From: Phoronis australis
Taxonomy: Eukaryota > Animalia > Phoronida
Reading direction: 5' to 3'
NCBI GenBank assembly: GCA_002633005.1
Contig: NMRA01000050.1
Coordinates: forward strand, 4,160-68,159
DNA: 64,000 nt
Shown: piece by piece, positions 39,775 through 52,629 of the stretch
Numbering within the stretch: position 1 is the stretch's first letter
Layout of the letters: each line of letters opens with the position of its first letter
Translations under genes and position numbers: made by a program
Notes under the pieces: generated by a model
Database searches by the model: none
Seen by the model: only the letters and a program-made list of their open reading frames with translations
Told to the model about the DNA's origin: nothing

Positions 39775-42359
39775 GTAAGTCGAGTAAACGATCCAACCTA
39801 AAACCACCCATTATTACAACGTCTGTACAGTATATTTCTAATAGTACCAGACAAACACTTTGAAGTTGATGGCGTATGGCGAATAAGGCGGATACAAATC
39901 AAATTAAACCGAATGTTGTTTATGTTACATCAAAGGGAGACATAATCTTTATTTGGGTTAAGAAATTCACAAAACCGCATGTCCTAGTATTCTCTACCAA
40001 TATAATCGTCGTAGCATTTAGATGTGGTACCTCTGGAAAAATCTATAATAACTGTCAATCAAATGGCAATGATCTTAACGTGAACAACGCTGAACGTGCT
40101 CGCACACTAATCGTTAATTCTTATTACCGCTTTTTCTGATCTAGCTAACGGTGTTGGACAATTTGGGTCTTCACGAAAAAGAGAGAGATCTCCACTAAGA
40201 CTAAGTGAGCCAACACAAGACATTGCACAAAAGAGAAGCCAGTAATATGAACGGATTTTACTTGTAGGCATAAAATGGAAGTGCTCCAACAAACAACTAA
40301 CCTACCGAGGTTACGCATAGAATCTGATTGATTGTAGGGTTCAGCAATGTTTCAGTTTTGCCTTCTCTAACTTATCTTCACTCAGTCATTTTCCGGTTCC
40401 CCTGTACCTCATGTTGTCTCGTTTGATCAACCATAACTTGCGTAGCATAATTACTGCATGCATCTCTGAAATGAAGTCATCGGCCAAGTGAAAAATTATG
40501 ATAATGTTACCTCTATGTTTAGAAATAAGGGTCCCGTGGCGCATTTCAGTATGAAAAATTATTAGCTGTGACTGTAAGATCGCAAATTCGATAGGCGTGT
40601 TTGTAAAGGAAAATCAAAACGTTTTAAAAAATCTAAAAGTGCTGTGTGGTTTCTCTTCCAAACAAGTAGAAAACAATTCAATATGGATAAAAAATGATTC
40701 AGAGACTTTAAATCTGAGTACTTGATTCGACTTCATATATATTCTGTAAAGCGTTTTCGCCTGCACGTATAATAGCGCAGTTAAGGGCTCCAACACTACT
40801 TCTCTCGCATATGATCGTCTTATACAGCAATTTCCGAGAGGAGGTTGCGGGTGGTGGTTGGTCTGTATCAAAAACATCCAACTGACGGCACATCTGTCTG
40901 TTAGCGGGGAGTAGTGCACACTTGCCAAACACCCGGCTTCTGGCAGGGCCGCCCCGATTTTGAAGCTTTGTCCAACGTACCCCACAACATTAGAATGTTC
41001 CTTTTGATGGCACTCGTGGTGAATTTTAAATATTGTACTTTTTGTCCTCCTCCACGCGATTTACCATTTTCCAGTTCAATTTTTCTGGCACGACTAAAAA
41101 TAAAGGAGTTGTAGTCTGCATATTTACGCTATCAACGTATCCACTAAGCAAAGATAGACAGAGATACATGTAACAGACAGCCATTTGACAAGAATCCACA
41201 TACAGCAGTATTTTGAACTTTTTTGTAAAATACGTCTATTGAAAAGCCTTGGTACCAATTGTTGCGTTGAAGAAAAGATTGCGATCGAAACAGCCTACTG
41301 CGTATAGTTGTGGGTTTTGCGGCAGGCAGGTGCCACTCGCCTGGATCCAAACCTTCCAATTTTCATTTTCGACTAGTATAAAGTATAGTTCAAAGACTTT
41401 TCATTCAACGTATGCTGTTAGGACTCATATTCTCCGTGATCGGCAAAATCAATACTTTTGCCAGTTTTATCAAGGCGGTATTAGAGATTCACGAAAATTT
41501 TAAAACAAATAAATACCCGCTCTTCCATCTGACATCATCTTCCTGAATGTTCAAGCCAAAATGACTGTCGGACCATCGAACCCGTGTTCCCTTTTGGTTT
41601 CACATCTTCGGACTATTGGTCTAGTGGATCTTTCGGCACTTGACAATTTCTATACGAGTTTCGGGGCATTTTGTCAACGGACGGATGACGACCGAACTTA
41701 TCACAACAGATGTGGAACAATGACTGACTCGACTGCTCTCACAGTCAGGCTGTATGAAAAGAAATTGGCACGAAATTCTTGCCTCCCAAAACGTCACTTC
41801 CGGAGTAGAGGATGAGAAATTAATTAAATTACGAAAAACTGTAATTAAGTGGAAAATATGTCTGGGATAATCAACAGACCTGTTTGTGTTAAAAGTGACA
41901 TGAAGAAAGGTTGCCTTCGCCTTTAATACCAGGCTGACCTTGTTGTAGGGAGTTGGATAAGCAATAAAAAGGTTTGCGAGCCTGTGGCCCGTGTTTTAAT
42001 CTCTGAACCCTGACCGGAAATTCAGTGGTGTTCCCTCTTGTGAACGCGACACAACTGTCAACTGTGAAGTCAGGTGTCGCGATAAGGCAATGGGCTCTCG
42101 GATTAAAACAATACTCACGGTGTGGTCGAATAATAGTTCATTATTGTTACTGGCTTGAGTAAAAATATAGGTGCAACAAATCATTTGACTATGAAACGAG
42201 CTTCAATATGCATACGAATTTTGTTACAGAAATCAATAAAACGTCGTAGATACACGATTCTCAGTTAAGATGCGTGTGTCAAACCAGTTTTTCAGCCTCA
42301 ACCGAGCACTTTCGCTGGCTCTTATTGATCATTTGTTTTCATGCAAATACATATTGCAG

Positions 42360-42680
42360 ACGGTCCAACTCTAGTCAACATAACACACAATAATGGGGGC
42401 TTGGCGAGTGGTTCATATGCTGTGATGAGGTATAACACGTACTTCCTAAATTGCACCACCGATGACGTGTTTTCTGGCCTCACGTGAAGGTGGACTCCAA
42501 ATGGGCTTGGAATAGAATCGCGCACCACATTTTCCCGTCGATTTCACGGTCAACTACATGTGGCTACAATGCAATTCGTTGCCCAGAGAAAACATAATAA
42601 CCGGCAGGTGATGTGCGAAGCTATGAACAACGAAACAACTCGTTACCGAGCAAACCAGACTTTTACGTTAAACGTGACAT
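42360..42680 (+). pseudogene. Ig exon 13 (one in-frame TGA; 321 nt)
   Basis: tgcag|AC GGT CCA; YFLNCTTDDVFSGLT*RW (TGA 42485-42487)...HNNRQVMCEAMN...LNVT T|gtacgt. Confidence 0.8.
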
Positions 42681-43665
42681 GTACGTATATGTTTCTTAAT
42701 AACCTTAGTCTGGATGTTCGTGAAATCATTAATGAGTTTACAACAATGAAGACAAGCTGCCACGCTATGTATCCGTGCATGCTACGATAATAGAAGCCGG
42801 AAGTTCAGCGGCTGGGTTTTCAATTTTTTTTAATTATAATTAGCCAGAAGTAAAATTAACCAAATTACTTTTAAACATGCTGGTAGTGCACTGCGAGATG
42901 TGTCGTGCAGATATACCTGTAGTTATTGGATTCCCCTTGCAATTATGCTCTCTGAAATCTCATATCGCGTACATTGATTCAGTACAAATCTCCTCGAAAC
43001 GCAAACTGTTGCAGAACTCTAAAAAAATCGAGTTCCATGCCTCATCGAGTGCTGCTAGATCCACTACACCGCTATCCCATAAAGTTTGCTACTATGCCGT
43101 TTTGCCGTTTTTCAGATGAATAAACATTCTCGCGTAGTGGGATCACACCTCTAGAAATTGGTGAAGTACTTATATAAACTGACGCCAGTGATCACGTGCA
43201 AGCGGATAGAATTTTCGTTCTGAAAATATGCCCAATTTTAATCTATCTATTTATCGTGTATTCTGGTGGAAGTGTATGGGAAAGCCTTTTAACATTGTGC
43301 CTGTCGAAATGGTGACGTCTTTGAGATTCATATTTTCAAAGACACATGTGCTGTCTGTAAATAACTCGTCTCAAACACGCAATTTGCAACCGAAGCACGC
43401 TTAAATCATTGACTTTTCTATTCGAATTATCATTTTCTTTCCCAGCTTTACCACGATTATTTAAATTGTTTGTTTCCCTCTTGCCTGAATATCAAGTTTT
43501 ATCATATGGTCAAGATGCCTAACCTCTGTCTCAAGAATTTCGAAGTAACGTTCAACTGTCAAATTCCAACACCTGTGTTTATCTACCCCTGATCATGTCA
43601 CTTCTGCTGCCCAATTTCCGTACACGAGTCTCTAAGTCGAGCTAGCAGCTTACTATATTTTGTAG

Positions 43666-44001
43666 TCGGTCCTGACAGTCTCGTATTCTTGTTAACTGGC
43701 GGGAAGGGTCAACTTAGCGGCGAAAAAGCAACATTGATTTCTGGAAAAGATTACGTTTTGAGTTGTATGACGCATCTCACCAACCCCCGGGCGAACGTCT
43801 ACTGGTCTGTACCGGATAGTATGGCGTCCAACGAAAGCGGCATAGGTCAAACGTCCGGGATGTATGATGGCATCATGTATCACAGAAACTTGTCGTTTAC
43901 GGCTGGACAGCACCTTGACGGCGCTGTGGTCGTTTGCAACGCACGCAACATGGTCACGTGGCGATTCAACGTATCCAGGCAACTGAAACTCGTTATTGCT
44001 T
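43666..44001 (+). CDS. Ig exon 14 (intact, 336 nt)
   Basis: tgtag|TC GGT CCT; YVLSCMTHLTNPRANVYW...DGAVVVCNARN; donor T|gtatgt. Confidence 0.85.
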
Positions 44002-44594
44002 GTATGTTCATTTCGAATAGTTCCTAAAAAGAAATTCCGGTAGGTCACGTGCACCAGCATGTTCATCAGACACAGGGGATTTACGAAGTAGCCCTCGTGA
44101 ATCTCCTTGGCTTTGTTGACCCGAGGTCAACTTGAACTGTGTTTAACCATTCTTTTAGGAGACGACCGATACATCTAAAATTTCGTCAAAATGTACTTAT
44201 TCCGTCAATATCGACTTTTTTGGAGGAACATCCATCTAATTTCGTCGAAACGTTTTCTCAAAAAGTGCTCAATGCCTTTTTGGTAGTCTCCAGTAATGCT
44301 TCTTTAATGAATTTTTCGACATGACATGAAGAACGTATTGTGTTCAGTTGCAGTACACACGTCGGTATATTTTAGCAGATGTCTTACCATTACATTCACG
44401 TGTCGCCGTAATACTTGTACTTGGTTTTCACAAAAAATGTAAATGAAACCCGGAATCGATAGTGCTACTTAGTTTTCAGTTTAACAACAATTACTTGGTG
44501 ATGATTTTTCCTAAATATTACATTTCGTGGTCGCATTTCCCGTTACTTGCTTTTGAAAGGAATATGATTAAGATGCAAATTCTTACATTTCTAG

Positions 44595-44930
44595 ATGGTC
44601 CAACAAGAATGATTTTGCGTGTCTCTGGGGGATATTTGAGCGCAACTAACACCACGCATGCCAAGTTTATAGCGATTGCGGGAAAGTCATATCAGTTAAT
44701 CTGTCAGACGGATGTCGCTACTCCTGGCGTTCGCGATTTCACAGTTATCTCCCCTTCTGGAGAAGCGAAGCAACTGGTTGCCATAGAAGGAGAGAATGGA
44801 AAGATATTTAACAGAGAGATAGAATTTGATGCCAAGATACACTATAACTTGAATTACCTGAAGTGCATGGCCTCTAACCTATTTAACCCTCGTATAAGGG
44901 CGACGTTGGTGGTGCAGACCGAAATAATCT
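44595..44930 (+). CDS. Ig exon 15 (intact, 336 nt; Phe at the Trp position)
   Basis: tctag|AT GGT CCA; YQLICQTDVATPGVRDF...NYLKCMASN; donor T|gtaagc. Confidence 0.85.
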
Positions 44931-44997
44931 GTAAGCATCAGCTGGATGCTTTTGGTAATGACAACGTTTGTTACATAGGCGGATTTAGGGGGGGGGC

Positions 44998-45275
44998 CTC
45001 TGTGAAGGACGGCACGTGGTCACTTGTTGTGGGCGGCAACTACACGTTTTCTTGCGAAACGGATTTAAGCTACCCATCCGTGCACCTTACTTGGTCACTG
45101 AGTGGAGTGAAACGTAACACCACGAAAGTAGTACCTGGCAAATTTGGCGGCTCGCGCGTCACCGGTTACATTGACTACACCCTATCGGCATCGGACCAGT
45201 CTTTATAGTGTCTGGCTTACAACACATTTGACGATAACATTAATACAATGAAACTGGTAAAGATTTTTAAACCCG
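44998..45275 (+). pseudogene. Ig exon 16 (5'-truncated, TAG before the second Cys)
   Basis: YTFSCETDLSYPSVHLTW...SDQSL*CLAYN...IFKP G|gtaagt; TAG 45206-45208; the GP-start acceptor is replaced by a family B MITE end. Confidence 0.8.
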
Positions 45276-48200
45276 GTAAGTCTACGCACGGCTTAATACA
45301 GTGCAAGCAACACGCTGCTACTTCCGTCATGTCACCGTTCCCCACCGTTCGAGCCTTTCGTATATCCATCCGCTGTTGGTTTCCAAACAGTTTATTAAGC
45401 ATTCCCACTAAAGACTGACCTGCCCCACTTTGTATGCGACCAGGTTCCTGGAAACAACGTTATCAACTGTCTGCATCATCGCCCAAGCGCATGTGCGAAA
45501 TGACGTAAATTGCGGCGAGTACCAACGTTGAATTAAGTCGGTTGTATTGCAAAAATGGATTAGACATATTTGTTCCTTTGGCGAATATTCAACTTTGTTA
45601 TTTTTAAGTATTTAAAAATAAGCATCATTCGATGTTTTCGTGAAAAAGGAATTATTTAGTTGTCAGAAAATAGATTAGTTTTTCTAACGTGAAAATGCAC
45701 GAAACATTTTAGTGGAGGCTGCAGTGAAGATGCGTTAACCTCACCGGCGGGCCAAAGAGAGGTTCAGCGCCTAGAGTTTCACTCGAAAAGTGCCATACGA
45801 ATGCCCACTAGTCAAAAAATGATTAACGTGTTCACAGAGGTTTACTTACTACTGCGGCAGGTCGGAAGACACTGGTCTGCAATGGTGGTGCTAAAATTAA
45901 TTATTTCATAGTATGGTAACAACCACACAGACTGAATAAAAGAAAATCCCTAATTCTACGGGTCACCACGTTTGCTTTTTTCCTTTTCTCATACAAAACA
46001 GTGCGGCTTTTCTTTCTAGGGAACTACAGTGTCACGATGTCATCAAGAAATGACATCTTGGTTGCAGCGTCACCGCGCGCATTCGAGCCAAGTTAATAAT
46101 GCAGGCCACATTGAAGTATCAAACAGAAGAAAAAAAATATTAACAATTATTCAGTGAAAATTTTACTTACATTAATATCGTTTTTAAAATGGAACTTATT
46201 CGCCATGTGCAATCTTAATATGGAGTTTTAACTCCGTTTTAACTTATTAAAATAAGCAATGTAACACCAACAAACTATTTTAAACATGACTTGTCGTTAT
46301 ACAGTAGCAATTGCTTTCGTCTTGTAAATAAATAAAAATGATACTTGTAATTTGTAAGAAGCAGCTCGGAAGGGTGACCAACTAGCAATGCTGTGTGACG
46401 TTTGATGGCTCTGCCACATGGTGGCAGTCGTTTTACTTTCTGATGGTCTGTGTCATATATTTTAGAAATGTTTGGCGTACATTTATTCTGCTGTCTCCCA
46501 GTTTACAAACCGAGATCCACGCAGTGATTTACGAAAAGTGATTCATTAATGTTACAGTTGAAACCGTGTAATACTTGCATAATATGCAACAAATTATACA
46601 TTCAAAACCAAGGAATGGTATTTGTGTAATATGACCAAATTTCTTTTGATATAAATACTCAAAATGGGATCTCAAAAATGCTATACAATTTTAACTTATT
46701 ACTTCGTTTTCATTTCATGTAACCTCTAAAAATTTTAGTCTTGTATACCCCTCATACAATCTTTTTTTAAAAAACAACTTTTGACAGTGTAACAGTTCTG
46801 GAGAACAGAGCATAACGAATGGAATCAGTGTTTTGAGACTCCGAAGTCGGCAGCGTTCGAAGATTTTTTCTAGGATTCTACATCATCTTAATTAATTTAA
46901 GATCAATTAGTCACATCTGTTGAGAATCCTGCACGTGCCCCAGGTTTCTCACAAGGGAGAAAATGTTCAACCACTTCATAAAACTTTTATGAAAACGCGC
47001 ATTTGCAGTGTAAGGTAAACTCGGTTACTTTTTGTTAATACAGCCCGGCTGTGCAGTAGGCCTAGCCTATACTGCAGACGACAGTGGCACCGTGACTGCT
47101 AGCCATCCAGCTAGCTGTATAAAGACTGTCGTCAAAATACAGTTAGGTACATAGCCGGGCTGCCTCAAAAAATAAAACAGCAAGAGCGTAGGAAAATGAT
47201 GAATTCATTAATTAACCCCGGTCATTAACATTACACGACTGAAACAAGAATTAAATGTGTGAAGTTTTAGTGTGTTTGGGGGAGGGGGGGGGGGGCTCAT
47301 AAACAATTTCAAGTGTCAAATTCGGAACACGGCGCAATCGTAACGGATCTATGGCTAAGTATAGGCTCTCCCGCGATATCCCAGGCGACCAGCAGTGGCG
47401 CTGCGCACTACGACTCCGTTTCCTTCGTCTGCTTTACTCTGCAATGAAGAAAATTACTTCATTTTTTAAAGATAATGGAATCTGAGTGACGATGAAAAAA
47501 CAGAAGCTGCTCGTAAGATGTGACTTTTAATCGAAGCCTTAGTGAATCACTCAGAAACTCATAATTCTGTCTTTGTCAATCCGTAACCTAAGATGATTTC
47601 CAAAGCAATAGCGTCATTAATGCCAACCCAAAAAAACGGATTTGGTGTTTTGGACAACTGAAGTCTATTTTAAATACAAAAAATTTGTTACGAAGTGATT
47701 GCACAAAATATAAAAAGTCTAATAAACATTACAAAAAGAAGTAGGTTTCGAGCGCAAACTCTGTGGACCATAAACAAGTAGTTCTCTTGGTAATCAAATA
47801 CCACTGAAATTGTGGTGTTGCAGTGGTAAAGCATGCGCGCTATTATACGCCAGGTCGTGAGTTCGAGTCTGTGGTAAAAACAGTTTTTCAACTTTGACAC
47901 GTTCTCCGTGTTTGTTGTCTTTGCTTTTTTGTTAGATGATACTTCAGGAATCAAGGAAAATGCTTGATTTAGACGAAAAACAGAAAAGTTGTCTTAGTCG
48001 GGAGGGGTGACAAACCCCCCCTTCCGACCTCTCCCCATTCGGTGCTATACGCATTTACAATCGCGCTTTGCGCAATGTGATATCCTAGATCCGCCACTGA
48101 GGTACCAGCTGTGTGTAATTCTTCCATAGACCCCGAAATTGCAAACAGCCATGTTAGTTCTGCTCGTCACCACGCCGTGAAACTTGTATCAACATGTACA

Positions 48201-49024
48201 TGTAAAGCTAAAGACCGGACGGGGTGCATGCAAAATCTGGGAATCAACGGACACTCACCTTGCCCGTTACAGTCGTTTAAGTGAAAGACAATGCAATAAA
48301 CATCATTTTCTTGCGTAACTCTCCGCCTTTTCTAACAATGAAAAGTACGTCGTCGCTTTGAAAATAATATGCTCATGTCACGTGCACGTGCCATTTCCTA
48401 AGTTTTTGCGACATCTCTCGGGAGATGATGATAGCTTGGCAGCAGCAAAATTTCTTCTGAAATTCGGTTTTCCGGATTCAAAATTCTAAAAATTTCAAAC
48501 GAAGTGAAACCAGTTCCGATAATTTGTTGTGACGTGTACGCAACCCCGTGAAAGAAGAACAGTTGATTGAAGAATCGACGAAAAAAGAAACTGGCCAATA
48601 GGTGACGCGATATTTCAGGGCGCCGAAAACCGTCGCTAAAGATCGCTCCACAACTTTAGCAGCAGAATAACGGTAGAAAGCCACGTTTTCCAACGTAGTT
48701 AAATAATTTCGTTTAATCAAGGAAGACTGTAGTTTTTAATGACACTAATTTTGTGTCAGATTTTACGTTACCACTTTTTTACCCACATCGGTGCAAAGCT
48801 GTATATTTATACAGCTTTGGTCCAAGGCTACGTGACTGCGATCGACTTGCCTTCCTACCGTAAACAGAACACACAAAATAAAAGACAACGCATCATATTA
48901 TTGAGTAACAAATGATCCTTTCCTTTCTGTGCTCTTAGAATATACATAGGAAAATAAAACATCAATAATGTATCAACTGAATTTTTGGATATAATAATAT
49001 CCTTCATCAACAGAAACAGAAATA

Positions 49025-49548
49025 AAGTAAAATCAAACACTACATGACAATTGACATTTAATATGTGGCGTAATGAATATGATACATTTTAGCGGAAGTT
49101 TTTATGATCTGTCCATTAGGTTCGAGTGTATTGGGCTTATCTATCCAAAATTGTTCTCTCTTTTAAGTCTGTGACGGGTAATGGGGTATTGGAGTTTTTC
49201 TATAATTTGTACAGAAAGATCTTGAAGATTATGGTTTTTGGAATTGAAATGATTATATATAGTATCTGAAATGTTTTTATGTATTATGTTAAATCTATGA
49301 TAGCGAAACCGAGTTTTTAGATTATGTTGAGTTTGTCCTACGTATTGGATAGAACATTTTTTACATGTTATTAGGTAAATAATATTGTTGGTGGTGCAGT
49401 CAGAATAATGTTTTATTTCGAAGTTCTCGTTGGTTTGGGAAGACTGGAAGAAAGTACTGTCGTTGATAAAGTTACACATTTTGCATCGTATTCATTACGT
49501 CACATATTAAATGCCAATTTTCATGTAGCGTTTGATTTTACTTCATGT
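49025..49548 (-). mobile_element. Penelope-like (Neptune-type) GIY-YIG fragment with inverted ends
   Basis: CTTNNIIYLITCKKCSIQYVGQT..LKTRF..H...HFN..H...IIE; 49025-49086 is the inverse of ~49482-49545. Confidence 0.85.
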
Positions 49549-49554
49549 CTGATG

Positions 49555-50439
49555 AATATAGATTATTACATGGCGAAGTCGTTATCCCCCGTTATCTAGA
49601 GCCCGAGTGGATTTTGGAGAATTATCGCCCGAGGGGCGTTAGCCCCGAGGGTGATAATTCTCCAAAATCCACGAGGGCTCTAGATAAGGGGGATAACGGC
49701 TGAGAACATGTAATAATCTATTTATACCACATACTAAACGAGAAACATTGCAATGAATCGATTTATCTTTTCTGACTCTCCACGGCTTTGTAACTACTTT
49801 CTATGTCAGAGGCCCCAGGTCGGAGGTCGTGACCTTTTAAGAAAAGCCGGGCTATTTTTGTCAAATAATGCTTTTACTCAAAACCAATTGAAAACTTAAA
49901 TACAATAGAAATAAACTGAATTTATAAATTAACGTTTACCAACTATTATAGCTTAAAACACGATTTTTTCACGCTAAGCTTCGACCGGGAAATTATCGTC
50001 TGCTAAAGTAGGTTACCACTGGTAACTGAATATAATTTTCAAGCCAAAGATCCTGACGACACGATACCCGCATTCAAACTGGAGATCGGTGATTTACAAG
50101 TAAGAGGACATGAGAGAAATATTTCATTGAATTAAGATATCATTTTTATGGAAATTATGTGTCTTATTTTCCGTGGCGTATACGTACAGTACAATGCGGT
50201 TTGTTGAACGTGCGATTATTGCGCGTGCTCATTTAAGTATTCTATTTTCACATTTGATGACGTCAGCTGCTGCGTGGTGTAGTGGTCGGCGACTAGCAAA
50301 CTCAAGGTCCCGGGTTCGACTCCGTCCTCGGTTTCCCGCCAAATCGTTATCTCACTAGTGAGATAACTTTATGGGTTATTACACGGTTGTATCTGCCATT
50401 TGACGCCAACATTGTGGTATAAAGGGTGTTATTACATGG
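49555..50439. mobile_element. Non-autonomous element with a long terminal hairpin and repeated TTATTACATG sites (Crypton-like?)
   Basis: Near-perfect palindrome 49558-49721; catgtaataa-tctat-ttataccaca (49707-49731) is inverted relative to tgtggtataa-agggtg-ttattacatg (50413-50438). Confidence 0.55.
50269..50332 (+). repeat. tRNA-derived SINE head or pseudo-tRNA
   Basis: A box TGGTGTAGTGG and B box GGTTCGACTCC; no complete cloverleaf. Confidence 0.55.
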
Positions 50440-52105
50440 ATATCCATCATTGTTGTTTTGTTTACATAACAAAAATATATTCTACATTTCGTGAAACAAT
50501 AGCATTCTTTGAGAGGATCTGGATCGCCTTGTTTAGTTTCAGAATTATTTTCTACTGTGTTCTTAGGAAACGTAAAATTGACAGTTCTTGTGTTCTAGTG
50601 GATGAATTTGAGCAATTTATTGCGCTGCAGAAGACGCGCTTCGCACTGTTCTCGTGTTTAGTACTTGTCCATTGCTTATTCGCTACTTTTTAAAAAAAAT
50701 AATTTTTTAAACATTTTTTTTCGCTACTTGGCGGCGCTATTAGCAGCCGTAACAGAGAACTCACAAGTGAACACTACTATTGTATAACACTCCTTGGTTG
50801 TATTATTAAAACTGAACAAATGTACTGTATATACTGGTAACTAACAGTAAAGAGGGCTTCCCCGCGCATGAGCACTGAACTGAAATTGGGAGAGTACAGC
50901 TATACAGCCTCGCCGCGTTTCTTGAGTTGGGATTCGTCTCTGTTTGAATGAACGTGGATTTGGGGTTCGCAGCCGAAGAGTGGGTCCGCTTAAGAAGTTG
51001 TTTGCTTGACATTCCGACTTGGAGTACGTACAGTTACGATACGTAACCTTGTCACCTTCATGGAAGTCGTGCATTGGTTGAATGGCGCGCGTTTGGTTGT
51101 TGGTATTCAGTGTTTTGCAGAAAATAAAATGCAAGGCGTATAGATTTCTACTTTGTACTGCTTTGTGATTCGTCCATGTAATAGAAAGCGTCTTGAACGC
51201 TAATTCTGACGCATACATAATTGCGCCTGCCGATTCACATTACGGTAACAAAATGGGTTTGCAACAGCTATTTTTACGTGAACGTGAAAGTAAATGCGAA
51301 CTGAACAACTGAGCTCAGGATGTCCAGCTATCCTAGTACATAATACAACTGGACATCCTTATATTATCCGCTACAGATATGCAAGATAGAAATACATGCT
51401 GATAGTGAAAAAGTCGTTTCTTCGAACTCCTGAGTAAAACGATCAATTCATACAATGCGAAATTTATTTGCAGTTTAAAATAAATAGATGCAAGTAAACT
51501 AAGCATGTAAAAAGTTTGACAGCACAAAATTACATTTCTTAAAAATCCGAACCTCGGCAGAATAAAGATTTTTGAAAAAAGGCCTTCATTCAGTTTGACT
51601 TTAAGAAAATTTAATAGGCAAAGGAGTCATGCTCATTTTATATTCATTGAAGCAAACAAGAAAGATTGAAAACCCTATCAAAATAAAAATCTTTCGATGT
51701 CTTGCTAAATGAGAATTATAAAGGGCCACATGTTTCGCGTTTAAAGCGACGCGAATCTCTCTGTATTTGCGTAAAACACGCAAACACTATCGGGATTACG
51801 TCACAGCCAACAATGGCATGTAGGCCTATGACGCGGAATTATACATGCGTGATAATTCACGTTCACGTAGCTTTGCAAAACTTCTTTAATGTCAAAATAT
51901 TACGCAATAGGTGTTATTAACCAGTCCGTAGTAACACAATCCAGCTCGTTTCAGGAAACAAACTTTTTTCATCACAGTTTCATCGGTGATAAAGTTTTCA
52001 AGCCTTTATGTTTATGGGGCGTAACGGCAACTAAATGAATCAACATGGGCCTTATTTGCTCAAAGGCATACCATGACTCCAAACGTGCCGTTTTGTATAT
52101 TACAG

Positions 52106-52279
52106 CCGACATTTCGTGGTCAAGTTGGTCCAACTGGACGGTGTGTGACGCTACTTGTGACACCAGTGTTATTATACGCCGGCGTATATGCAAAACTCCA
52201 GCTCCACACTTTGGAGGGCAAACTTGCTTGGGAAACGCCATGGAGGTTCTGGAGTGTGACGCTGGACCAATGTGCCCGA
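52106..52279 (+). CDS. Thrombospondin type-1 (TSP1) exon, intact, 174 nt
   Basis: tacag|CC GAC; WSSWSNWTVCDATC...RRRICKTPAPHFGGQTCLG..EVLEC...CP A|gtaaga; phase 1-1. Confidence 0.9.
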
Positions 52280-52575
52280 GTAAGACTTGTTTGCCAAAAC
52301 GCGTTAAAATCTGAGGCGTAATACCTTCAACTACAGTTTTGGAATAAGTACTGTGTTTATGATAGGCTGCTTAGGTATACATCAGGTGTCCCAAAAGGTG
52401 AGCCACTTTTTGACAAGTAAGTTCTCAGTAAATTCAAAGATATAGGTAAATACTGACGATAACATTACTGCTCAGAAATAAAATCAAGAAAATGTTAGTG
52501 GGCAACAGGTAAACAAATGAATAATTTTCGAAACAATTGAAAGCAGTAATGATATAAACATGAACATGCTTGTGT

Positions 52576-52580
52576 ACACA

Positions 52581-52628
<48 letters not shown>

Positions 52629-52629
52629 N
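52576..52629. repeat. (CA)n microsatellite ending at an ambiguous base (N 52629)
   Basis: Directly visible; may mark an assembly join. Confidence 0.9.

Noticed and set aside
17427-42487. Three in-frame stops are all TGA (selenocysteine or read-through?)
   Set aside because: They are not at Cys positions, no SECIS was recognised, and other exons have TAG or frameshifts; point mutation such as CGA>TGA is simpler.
50269-50332. Functional tRNA gene
   Set aside because: A and B boxes are present, but the anticodon and acceptor stems do not form.
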